This document shows, piece after piece, positions 26,701 to 39,811 of a DNA stretch of 50,788 bases; position 1 is the first letter of the stretch, and every line of letters starts with the position of its first letter. This DNA comes from Octopus bimaculoides (taxonomy: Eukaryota). The stretch lies in contig NC_068993.1 in the NCBI RefSeq assembly GCF_001194135.2, positions 25,213,067-25,263,854 on the forward strand, given 5' to 3'. The notes below the pieces were generated by a model that saw only the letters and a list, made by a program, of their open reading frames with translations, was not told the DNA's origin and did not search any database. The position numbers were made by a program, and so were the translations under genes.

Positions 26701-27495
26701 ATCTATTGGTTTATAATATTCACCTGTCTTGATCCTGTTCAGTAGTTGTTTTTAAATAAATATGTTTAAAAGGAGTTATTTATGCCTTACTATTATCCAT
26801 ATTAAACAGGAAGCTATTGTTAGTACTATCTATAAGTGTCTTAAATTCAGAAAGTCTATCCAAATTTCATACTATAATATTAAGTAATCATCTAAATATT
26901 TTTCCAATTTACTTTCAAGTAATTGTAAAAATGGTTTTCTTATTTTTGCACAAGTTTTCCATATACTTTTATCACAAGGTATTGATAAATTTTTATATAT
27001 TGGCTCTATCTTGGTTGCCATTGTTGTTCCAAATTTTTGTCTGTATTATTGTTTGGTCAAAATTTAAAATGTTGTTTTACTAAATAGATTGAAGTTTTGT
27101 AATTATAAATTCTTTCCCTACGTTGTCTGATAAATCATGAGAAAATTAATTATGCCAAAAACATTGCTTCAGTTCCATATTCATGTAGTGTATATGTATT
27201 CAAATTAACCACATCAAATGAAACCATTGAGGCTTCTTCATTTGCTATTGGAATGTAATTCAACATCATCTACCTGGAATAATCATAAGCACAGACAGAC
27301 ATATGGCTATTCAGTCTTGGACTGTGAACAAGTTGGAGGAATTGCTTTCAGCTGATTGCATTGACCTCAGTATTTTTATAATCTACTGTTTTGTTTATTG
27401 TTCTTTATTTTGCTGAACTGCGAAGTTATGGGACATAAAAGGATACAACATAAAGAACACTGGATTTTAAACTTGAATAAACAGGAATACACACA

Positions 27496-27538
<43 letters not shown>

Positions 27539-29173
27539 AATGAGTTTGTAAACAGTTTCCATCCACCAAATCTCATTCATAAATGATTGGTCGACAAGAG
27601 GGTATAGTAAAAGATAGTTTCTCCAGGTGCCATGTATTGGAATCAAACCTGAAACCATTTGGTTGCAAAGCAAGCTTCTTAACTACACAACCATTTCTGT
27701 TAAAATTGAATTTTTTTTTTTTTGTTTTTCTTAATTTCTTTTTGTATGATTTTTAAAAATCTCATTATGTTTGTTTTTTCTTCAAAGAGAAGCACCCAAG
27801 AACGTATGACTGAATACCTAAAGCAAATACATCTTGACCAGTCCAGGGAAGTTGGTTTAATAATTGATGGCAGCACTTTGTCTTTTGCTCTGGAGAAATC
27901 ATGCCAAGATTGTTTTCTCGAGCTTGTGGTTCACTGTAACTCTGTAGTTTGTTGTAGAGTGACGCCACTTCAAAAGGTAAATCATCTTTTAATTATGCCT
28001 TCTGTATTTGTGTGTGTTAGTAATGTCTTCATTTGTCAGTATGAATGAGTGTGTATGTAAAAGTTTATGCCTTTGACTGTGGGTCTGCTCAATCAAGGTT
28101 GGTTGAACAACAACAGTGACTGAAGATAATGACGTCCTGAAAAACTGTAGAATTAAAAATTTAATATGTACTGAGATCTGTCGTGTGAAATTCTAGAATG
28201 AGCACCAGATACTGCAATATATATGAATGCAGCTTTCATTTGCTATAGTTTTATAATGGTGATATTGTATATTACTCTAAGATAATACTTGACTATCATT
28301 AAATATTATATTTCAACAACAATGGATATTACATTATAGCATTTTGAATATTGTACTATGATATCATTGGATACTACATTATGATATTGCTGAATATAGC
28401 ATCACATAACACTGGGCTGTCATATCATCACATCATTTCATTATATGACATCACATGATTGGGTAATACTATGTCGCCTCATTGGGTATCTATCCGTGAT
28501 AGCAATGTTTACCACTCCTCTAGTTATAACTGGATACATCATGGAATATTTAATCCTTTTATGACCAAATTTCTAATGGCATACAGAGCCTATTCTTACT
28601 TTGGTCACACGGCTTTCATGGATTCCTATGACTCTCTGTCGCCATCCAATTCTCGTATTATGAATTTGAATTGGGAGCTTGATCCATAGTGAATCTTTTG
28701 TTAGCTGATTACACACTCATGGATGCCACCCCTATGAATGCATTGCAGTTACTCTCTTGATGCAGCTTGGTAATTCTCCTCTCATCCATGTTGGCTCACT
28801 TGAGCTTTTCCGCTACCAATTCATGATCCACCATACTTCACTGTATCCCTTGCAGGGTGGCTTAATAGGTATTATGTCTTGCCAAAGGGCAGCCCATAAC
28901 TATGCAGGACATGGTTGTCACCCTGTGAAGTATTTTCAAAATGCCCATATACCCTGCACAGTACCTATACATCTTTTTTTCATCCTTTACTTGTTTCATT
29001 CATTTTACTGCAGCTATGCTGGGGCACCCCCTTGACGGGCTTAGTCGAATGAATTGATCCCAGTGCTTATATTTTGAAGCCTAGTAACTTATTCTATCAG
29101 TGTCTTGCCGAACCACTAAGTTATGGGGACATAAACACCCCGACATTGGTTGTCAAGTGGTGGAGGGGGACAA

Positions 29174-29210
<37 letters not shown>

Positions 29211-31434
29211 CATATATATACAGTAAGTTTCTTTCAGTTTTTGTCTACCAAATCCACTGACAAGGCTTTGGTCAGTTTGAGGCTATAGTAGAAGACACTT
29301 ACCCACGGTATCACACAGTGGGACTGAACCCTGAACCATGTAATTGAGAAGCATGCTTCTTACCACATAACCACACCTGTGTCTATATATCCCTACTAAT
29401 TTTGAAAATAATCAACTGTTTGGAGAATATAATAAAATAATCCACTTTTTCACTAGTTAGCTAATGTTTCAAATATAATTTAAGAAAAGGTTCTTACTTA
29501 AAATTATGATGAAAGGTTTTGAATTAAATGTGAACTTTTTAAAATGGAAGGTTTTTGTGTGATAGAATTAGATGCAGTTTCAAGCGGGTTAATGTCAAAG
29601 CATTAAAGAATATATTTCATTTTTTTCTTTCTTAATTGAATGTTCTGATAATGTATCTAATATGTCTAGGGTGCAGTTGTGCGCATTGTCAGAGACAACC
29701 TCAAGAAATTGACTCTTGCTGTTGGTAAGTAGTGTTTTAGTGTTTTTCTCTCTTTCCAGTTTCCACCTCTCTCTAGCTGTCTCTCTGTTTGTCTACCCCT
29801 CTCTCTCTCTAACACATCTCCATCCACCCACTTTCACTCTTACCATCATTCACTCTTCCAAACACAAACCTACATCCTCCATAATAACAACCAACACAAG
29901 CCAACATAGGAAACTATACTATACACAACTAAATAACAGCTAAATTTCCCTCAAAATCACCCTACCACTTTAAAAAAGGATTAAAAACACATTTACTAAT
30001 GTAATTCTAGAAAACTCATCCTGAATACAAGACAAGGTTGTTACTGTTGAAAAACCTTTTATCATAGTTCTAGTCAATCAGGACTGACCTGGAGTTAAAC
30101 ACCAACAACATAATGATGCTAACCAATATTCTATGTACTCTTCCTTCTGCACAGGTGATGGTGCCAACGATGTGAATATGATTCAGACTGCTGACATCGG
30201 TATTGGTATTTCTGGTCAAGAAGGCATGCAAGCAGTAATGTCATCAGACTTTTCTATTGCAAGGTTCCGATTTTTGAAACGTCTCCTCCTTGTCCATGGA
30301 CATTGGTGCTATCATCGCTTTGCTCATTTCCTTTCTTTTATGTTCTATAAGAATCTGGTAATTAAAATTTTTTTTTTTTGTTTTACTCTTCTTAAAATTG
30401 TTTTCTTTTGCAAAAGATTAGACAACTTGTCTTTTGGTAAGATTTGTTACCTTTTGCTTGATTGACAAAATTGAGATATTTCTTTAAATAAAAATCTGTC
30501 ATTCAACATAATTCAGTAGAAATTGTGATAAAATTAATACCTTTTTGCCACTCTGTAAAAGTCATGTGACTTTCAAAATGAAAATATTCTGTCTTTTATT
30601 ATAAAAATCCATTACATTGAATATGGAGATTAATACATCTGCATATTTTATATTTCTGCAGTCAATTATACAGCATATTTGATTTAAACGTATCAAACGC
30701 ATGTTTCTGCTACACAGATATGTTACAATTGCATTTGCATCCAGTTTCTTTTGACTGTTATTAGTCTATGCAACTTTATTCAAGGTCTGTTCACTGATGT
30801 GGTCTGAAGCGAACTAGGTGTATGTAGATTTAGCTAGCATTATATTTGGCATGTGACTATAGTTTTTGAGTGCAAAGAGTATGAGAGGAAGATTTGGAAA
30901 CCTGGTATGACTATAAAAACTGCTGTGTGGTTGATCCTCTAATGACCCTAGGTTTATATTTCAAATAAAGAATACTAAACCTTAAATTAGGTCAGAGAAT
31001 ATTTTTTTAAGCCACAAGCCTTAGTTGGATTAGGAATTCCTTGTGGTTCAAAAAAAAAGAGTCTTTTTTCACTGTAAACTTTTGCCTGCTGTATGTATAT
31101 TTGCCACACTCTCTCTAACTCTCTGTATATGTATATCACTCATGTTGTGTGTATGTGTGTGTGTCAGTGTCTGGGCATGCATGTGTAAGGAATTTCATTA
31201 GTGTAAAAGAGTCACCATCAGCAAGCTAAGAGAAATTTTTATACTTATGCACCAAATGGTAAAACAAAAACTTAGTTTAATGGTTCGTTATAAATTGCCC
31301 CAAATAATGCAGAAATCTATCCTGATCAAGAGACCTATTTGTTAAAGAAGTCATGGTCTGACACGGAACGAAAATCATTGAAATAAAGGCATTCAGCTAT
31401 GAAAATTACCCCCAGCAACAACAGGATACTTAAC

Positions 31435-31472
<38 letters not shown>

Positions 31473-31690
31473 TTTTAATTATAAATTTTTTCTATATATG
31501 ACAGTGGATTTTCATCGATGAATTCATAAACCTTGGTTCTTTTCCCTAATACTATATATTAATATATATTTTATACTGTGAAGCTTAATTTAATTTTAAT
31601 TTTTAATAAATTGATTTTAATTGAGTTTTTACCTGTAATTTTGGATTTTATCCCTAATATTATTATTATTATTATTATTATTATTATCAT

Positions 31691-31721
<31 letters not shown>

Positions 31722-33339
31722 TCTGGTTTTGATGTTGGCACTGGCCTCTCATTACATGATAACCATTTTCTTTTTTGTTTTCTGTTGTGATGCAAAATCC
31801 ATTTTTCATTACTTGTAACAATGCACTGTAGAAATGACAGGTTGTTATTCCAGACTAGAAGACTGCTGCAAATGGTGGAACATGATATTCAGTTCTCAAG
31901 CATAAGCTCATGTAGAACCCAAATTCCCTCTTTGCATGCTTTCCCATTTTGCTTGGAATATTCATGGATAGTTGAATGTGACACATAAAATGTTTACGTT
32001 GAATCTCTGGTACTTTGACATGGATCCAATACAATAGTTTCATTCAAAGGTTGTCATAGAGAATGGCTTGTCTTTCAGAGCGAGGCTTGTTAGATATGAC
32101 ACAATCACCATCTTTACACCTTTTGAACCACAGCTGACATATACAAGCTTTCACTGTCTCCAGATACACTTCACAAAAGTTTTCCATTGCTTCTGTAGCA
32201 GTATTTTTCTTTCAAAACTCATACAGTAAGTAATGGTGAATATGTTTGTTTCATAAAGTTCTTATCCTCCATGGGGTTAAATACTGAAATACCTATGAAT
32301 GACACTGCCAGATAGAAGAGATGATATACCTTTTGTAGACAGTTCCCACCCATTCAACCTTGGCTCTGATGTGATTGGTTGATTCATATTTCATAGTGGT
32401 GAAAAAACGCAATTACTTTCTGAACACCCAAATATATATATGTATGTATATACAGGTAATGTGTGCGTGTGTGTGTGTGTGTGAATGTATATACATGTTT
32501 AGATGTGTGTGTGTGTGTGTGTGTGTGTGAATACATATGCATGTGTAGATATGAGTGTGTGTGTATACATTTATGTATATATATTCTTTTATCCTTTTCC
32601 TTGTTTCAGTCATTTGACTGTGACCATTCTGGAGCACTGCCTTGAAGGGTTTTAGTCAAAGAAAGCAACCCCAGAATTTATTCTTTTAAGCCTTGTACTT
32701 ATTCTATAGGTCTCTTTTGCCAAACCACTAACTTACAGGAACGTAAGTACATCAACACTGGTCGTCAAGCAATGATGAGGGACAGCCACAGACACAAAGA
32801 CACACATAAATATATTCATATGGTTATGATTAATCAAATAATCTAATTTGCTATGAGAAATTAGTCAACTTTTGAATCCACAAATCTATCACTCTGTCTA
32901 TCTCCATCAGACTCTGTCTCTTTTATGCCTTTCCTCTCTCTCTATATACGTTTACCACACTCTTTATCACTCTCTGTTTGTGTATGTATATCTCTCACGC
33001 ATGCTACTCTCCACTTTGTTCATGTTATTTCATCTTATGTCCATTGTCTGGAAATCTTTATGTCTAGAAAGACAGAATGGATTAAACAGAACAGGAGGAT
33101 ACACATGGGATGGAAGAGTCACTGAAGAGGTCACAGGTGTGTGATAAAAGATTTCCAGACAATGCACATAAGATAAAATAAGAACAATAATAAATAAGTA
33201 AAGAACAAATAAATAGTGTGTGTGTTTATTTAGCAAGAAAATTAATTGACCATGCTGAAATATAGCAAAACCTCTGTATTGTTTTTCTAAGATTTTTCTG
33301 GAATAAATCACAGAATTGGATTTAGCATATATATGTATA

Positions 33340-33395
<56 letters not shown>

Positions 33396-35349
33396 ACTTG
33401 TTAACATTATCTCTACAGATTTTCTGTAGAGATTATAGCCAGCACTGATTTTGTTATGATGTTTCAAATCTGAGACACTTAATGTAAACAACAATGAGAT
33501 CGAAGATGAAATATGGGTAATGGGCATATATGACATATTTCAGGATCTTTTGCTCCTTCATCAGCATCCATCCATCCCATTAATCAGCCATGAACTCATT
33601 GCTCAAACAGCCACTAAATATAGTGGTGTAACATTATTGGAAACTGTTACTATGTGGTGGGGATTCAAACTTCTTACTACACAACCATACCTTTGTAAGT
33701 GTGTGTACATGTGTGTATGTATGTATTTTTTTACTCATTCAAGGAATGCCATAAATATATATTTCTGCACTATCTCTACTAGTTTTACTGAATTTTTGGA
33801 ATTCTATGATAGAAGTACTACAAGATAATGACAATAAATAAATAAAACATCATATTTCAAGTGTTTACATTTTGAATTTTTTCTTTTTCTTTCTTTCACA
33901 GATTTCCACATTTGTTCTCTTCTGGTTCCAAATTTTCAGTGGTTATTCTGGCTCCATGCAACTTGGTGGTATATTTCTAATGCTAGAACATGTCTTGTTT
34001 ACATCACTTCCACCACTTCTTAATGGAATTCTTGACAAGGATCTATCTGCTGAAACTCTGTATGAAAATCCTGAACTTTACAAACAGGGACCAAGTGGGG
34101 AAGTAAGCAAGGACAAGTTTGCTTTCTATATTTCCGGTGCTGAAGATGTAACAAATCTGAAAGTGTCTTGTTGTTGTGTATGAACTGACAATGTCTGTTG
34201 TGACAGTGCCTGTGTGATAGAATCTGTGTGGCAGTGTCTGTTGCGGCAGCATTTGTTGTGACAATATCTGCAACAATATCTGTTTTGATAGTATATGTTA
34301 CAACAGTGTCTGTCACAGTATCTGTGTGACAGTATATGTAGTCTGCAAAGTGTATGTTTTGTCAGTGTCATTATAACAATTGTCTACTAATACAACAGTC
34401 ACTAGTACAACCAATATTATTTTGACTAAGGTAATTGTGTTACATATTATTTGATTTTCTCCTGACTACCATTAAAAGTGATGTATACAAAAATATGTTA
34501 GCGGGATCGTTGCCGGTGCCCCTGGGCTGGCTCTTGTGCGGGTGACACATGAGGTTTTTCGAGCGAGATCGTTGCCAGTGCCCCTGGACTGGCTCTTGTG
34601 CTGGTGACACATGAAATTTCTTCGAGCGAGATCGTTGCCGGTGCCGCTGAACTGGCTCTTGTGTGGGGTTCTGGGATTTTTCGAGTGGGATCGTTGCTGG
34701 TGCTCCTGGGCTGGCTATTGTGCGGGTGACACATGAGGTTTCTCGAGCGAGATGAGCGTGGCCTTTGCCAGTACCGCCTGACTGGCCTTCGTGCGGGTGA
34801 CACGTAAANNNNNNNNNNNNNNNNNNNNNNNNNNNNNNNNNNNNNNNNNNNNNNNNNNNNNNNNNNNNNNNNNNNNNNNNNNNNNNNNNNNNNNNNNNNN
34901 NNNNNNNNNNNNNNNNNNNNNNNNNNNNNNNNNNNNNNNNNNNNNNNNNNNNNNNNNNNNNNNNNNNNNNNNNNNNNNNNNNNNNNNNNNNNNNNNNNNN
35001 NNNNNNNNNNNNNNNNNNNNNNNNNNNNNNNNNNNNNNNNNNNNNNNNNNNNNNNNNNNNNNNNNNNNNNNNNNNNNNNNNNNNNNNNNNNNNNNNNNNN
35101 NNNNNNNNNNNNNNNNNNNNNNNNNNNNNNNNNNNNNNNNNNNNNNNNNNNNNNNNNNNNNNNNNNNNNNNNNNNNNNNNNNNNNNNNNNNNNNNNNNNN
35201 NNNNNNNNNNNNNNNNNNNNNNNNNNNNNNNNNNNNNNNNNNNNNNNNNNNNNNNNNNNNNNNNNNNNNNNNNNNNNNNNNNNATCCGGTTTCACCAGTC
35301 CTCAGTCAAATCGTCCAACCCATGCTAGCATGGAAGGCGGACGTTAAAC

Positions 35350-35384
<35 letters not shown>

Positions 35385-38300
35385 CAAATGATATATGAGC
35401 ATATGCATGTATACATACATATATGTACATACCTACATCTACATGTATATATAGATGCATATCCGGGTACAGGACGTCAAAAAAGGAACGAGGACATAAA
35501 CAAAGCACAAAAAACGGACTTTTTTTACGGACAATAGAATGAACACATAGGAAAACAGACGAGCCACTTATGGAACTTTTCCTTCATCAGCTGCCTCTAT
35601 TCTAAACTGGGCGTTTCGAAGATGAGGCAGAACGCACTCATCATCATCATCATCATCATTGTTCATTGTTTAATGTCCATGTTCCATGCTGGCATAGGTT
35701 GAAATATTTGACAAGATCTGATGGGTTTAAGGATTGTCTAATTTAGTGTGGGCTCTATGGCTGGATACTCTTCCTAATACCAACCACTTTATTGTGTGTA
35801 CTGAGTGCTTTTTCTGTGCCATCAGCACAAGTGAGATCACCATGCAAGACTATGAACCTCAAGAGAGGTGTCTTTATGTTGTGAGATAAGGCATTAGAGT
35901 ATGAGAAAAGGACCAGAGCAGGAGAGTTTTATTGCTGTAGATCTACATGGTTACTCATGTTTTAGAAAAGAAGGTCGGTATGATTGAGGTGGATCTAGGA
36001 AGAGCTACAAATAGTGGTGATGAGGTGTCTGGATGAGTAGAATTAAGTGGGGACAGAAGAATCAGAAATGTGAGTGGGTAGATGTATCAGAGAGTGAGAG
36101 ATGAGCAATAGCGTGAATATAATTGCTGAACGAGTGTTGAGGGGTGAAAATAGTGAGTGGTAGATAAGAAATAGGGGTGATCAATGATACATAGGGGTGA
36201 AGAACAGCAGAGTAGTAATGCAGATATAGTAGACAAGGAAGGGTGAAATTCTGATTTAAGCACCCGCTATAATCTCCAATAACTTCTTCAGTTTTTTTGA
36301 AATTTCAGAAAATTTTTGTGAATTTGTGTTCTGCATATGAGAATTCATACAATTATGCAAAATAATTTTATTGAGTGTGTGATTTAAGGGCAATTCTTTA
36401 GCTATTGTTTTTAGCACATCTCATGACCACTTGATACCTTCCTCGGTTCTTTGTCACTCTGACATGTATTGATGTTTTTCAATATTTTTCTCTCCATAGA
36501 CACACTTTATAGATTGATGATGCACTCAAGGGTGGTCCAAACCATTCGGATTGTTCATATTTTAAACTCTGATTTGAAAAAGAAATTTGAAAATGAGTGG
36601 GACTTTAAGATTTGGAGGTGGGGGGGTGTTAAAAATTTTTATAAAAATTGATTTTTTTCATAATCATATGAATTCCAATGTGTAGAACACAAATTAGCAA
36701 AATTTTTCTGGAAATTCCAAACAATAGAAAAGTTTTGAGGGGTTTTATGGGTGCTTAAACCAGAATTTCACTGAGGGAAGGATGAGAGAGAGAGAAAGAG
36801 AGATGATGATGTGAGGATGGGTAGGTTACCATAGTGTGGATAGAAGAGAGACAGGTATAGTACATGTGGAAGGTGGGAAATGTATGGAGGTAGAGGAAGG
36901 GAAATAATTTGGTGGCTCAAGCAAAATGATTAGCGTAAAATGTAGATGGAGAGGACAGTGTGAAGGATGAATATGTAGTGAAATTGTTCTGGGCAGTTAG
37001 TGGTATCAAGAAAGACTGCAGTTGATAGGTGGTTGCGGTAGGGGTGAGGGGCACATTTTTGAATATCATTCTATACCTCCCTGTTTAGACATGTTTAAAT
37101 AAGTATTTGAAATCTGAAATCGAAATCGAACTGAATCTGACAACTGGCACCCATGCCAACCTCTCCTTCATTGGACACTAAACTCTGCTTGCGAAGATCT
37201 GTTGCGGCACGTGAAATCGAAATCGTAATTGAACCATACTCAATGACTGGCACCTGCACCAGTGGAGCACTAACAGCACTGTCCAAGTGTGTTCATTGCC
37301 AGAGCAGCTGTCTAGCTTCCGTGCTAGTGGCCCGTAAATAGCACCATTTGAGCGTAATCATTACCAGTGTCGCCTTCTAGCACTTGTGCTGGTGGCACAT
37401 TAGAAAATCATTCGAGCGAGGTCGTTGCCAGTGCTGCTGGACTGGCTCCCGTGCAGGTGGCACGTAAAAAAACACCTTTTTGAGCGTGGCCGTTGCCAGT
37501 ACCATGTGACTGGCCCTTGTGCCGGTGGCACGTAAAAGCACCCACTACACTCTCAGAGTGGTTGGCGTTAGGAAGGGCATCCAGCTGTAAAAACTCTGCC
37601 AGATCAGATTGGGGTTTGTTGCATCCATCTGGTTCACCAGTCCTCAGTCAATTCGTCCAACCCATGCTAGCATGGAAAGCGGACGTTAAACGATGATGAT
37701 GATGATGATGACATACATCATCATTAGTTAATCAAATTATAATTTGTAAAAGCTTTAGCAACAGTAAACAATCACATCAAAATGAGAACCATGATGTACT
37801 TTTAAGTATCTCAAATTTTGTTCTATTTCTGTGACCTGCTCACTGACACAACTCCACTAAGTCTATTGAAAACCAATTAGTGAGCAGATTTTGAAGCCCC
37901 ACAAGTTTTCTGTTTTTTTCTTTTATTATGTTGGTTCAAAAGCTTCAGTAATAGTCACTATTACCTGTTGCCTATTAAAAATAACAACTTCGAAACAATT
38001 TTACTTCAAATAAGAAAATCAAATATCAAATCAGCTCTACACATTTCACGACCTAGTCCTAAGACAGGTTACTGAATACTCTGTAAACATTGCAAACCTA
38101 ATCTTAACGATTAGTCCAAACAGACTTGCATTGACTGAGTTTTAAAGAGTCAGGTAGACTGCTTTGCAGTATTTGTTCTGATGCTCTGCACTATAAGTTC
38201 AATTCCCACCAAGGCCACTTTTGCCGTTCAACCTTTAAGGATTAATAAAAATGTTCCAACCCAGGAAAATGGACTGGCAGAACTTTGAAAATGTGTGACC

Positions 38301-39779
38301 GATGCCTTGTGGTATTTGTTCCAGCTTTTTGTGTTCTATGTTTAATTTCTGCCATCTTGCTATACACTTAAATTTTACCCCAAATTCTGATAATAAGGAC
38401 ACGACTGCTATTAGAACTTCTAACTGCAACATGTACAATATACATAACACACATACAAAACACCCATACACAAATATATGCACACAGAGATATCAAAAGC
38501 AAAAGCCCAATGTGAATGACAATCAGTAATTAAAGTCACTCTTTTTCAGCTCTACACAAAATGGTCATTTTTTGGCATCCTGCTTGATTCCCTCTTCCAG
38601 AGTATTGCATTATATTTCATTCCACATTTGGTAAGTTAGATCACCATTTTATTCCTTTCTACAATGCTTAAGAGATTAGGATCATAAATTATTAAAAAGG
38701 GACTATGTTTAACTAAAATACCTCACAGAAATTAATCATGACCCCCTGAATTCTGTCCTCAAATTTAATCAATGATAGCCTCTCATCTCTACAGTCTCAA
38801 TAAACTGAGTTATAGTTGTGTGCTTGAGCCAATATCCTTGACAATACTCATCATTTTATGCTCATCATCATCAAACATCTGTTTTCCATTCTGGCTCAAA
38901 AGATTTCTGTGGAGCTGGCCAGCTGGAGAGCTGTGTAGGCTTCAATTGTCTCTCTTGACAGGGTTCTTATGACTGGATGCCCTTCCTAATACCATCCACA
39001 TTACAGAATGTGCTGGGTGCCTTTCACATGGTAGCAGCACAAGTGCATTTCGTGTGGCATTAGCATGAGTGCATCTTATATGGCACTAGCAACATTAATA
39101 AATGTATTCTGAATAAAGTAACTAATACAATGTAAAAATGAACTTGCTTATTTCTTCACTAATTTATGTCTGAAGTCCTAAAGTAGATGTCTGCATACTT
39201 TCATACTATCACACACCACATTAATTCAGATAGAGGTGGGTAGTAATGCTATTTGTACCAAGTAGCTCATTATCTCAAGAAGAGCAGACAGATAGCTTAT
39301 CCTCAGTAGAGCCTAACTCTAACTATTAATTGAATATATTTCCTCTCTTTATTGTACACCAACGCATCTCAATGAACTCTACTAATTCTTTGTTAACGCA
39401 TCTCAATGAACTCTGCTAATTCTTTGTTATACCAACAACTCCTAGTTTTTTATTTTGTAGTTTTGCACACTGAGTTCCGCTATCATTTGTATGCAATTGA
39501 GTAAAAATAATATCTACCTTCAGGTAGAGTGACTGAAATTATCAGAATATTGTGCCTAAGGGCAGGACACAATGTCTTTTAAGAGTATTTCATAAATACT
39601 TTTATTGCTCCAGCTATTCTCCTCAGGGCAAATTTTACCTCAATTAGCCATGCTAAAATGTTGCAGTGGTAGAGAGCAACATCCTGATATAAAACCCCCA
39701 TACCTTTAGGTAGAGAGAATATATCTGACACTCCACTTTCATTTTCACTCCAGCCTGGGATTGATTACAAAAACACACG

Positions 39780-39811
<32 letters not shown>

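Noticed and set aside
25700-27300. Possible missing ATP10 exon in the 12-kb intron w7
   Set aside because: Exons w7 and w8 join in phase 0 and give a plausible protein; no in-frame segment with P4-ATPase similarity was seen.
34498-35354. 265-aa and 187-aa ORFs
   Set aside because: They are open only because they run through a 475-nt N gap.
35572-35618. Second hammerhead candidate on the minus strand (CUGAUGA-A-GGAA/AAG/UUCC and an upstream CGAAAC)
   Set aside because: GAAA does not follow stem II (it reads AUAAG), and the permuted type-II arrangement gives no stem I. At best a degenerate relic.
34497-37540. CRISPR-like repeat/spacer appearance of the palindromic units
   Set aside because: The linkers are homologous to each other, the arrays sit inside a SINE with an RTE tail in a eukaryotic intron, and there are no cas genes.
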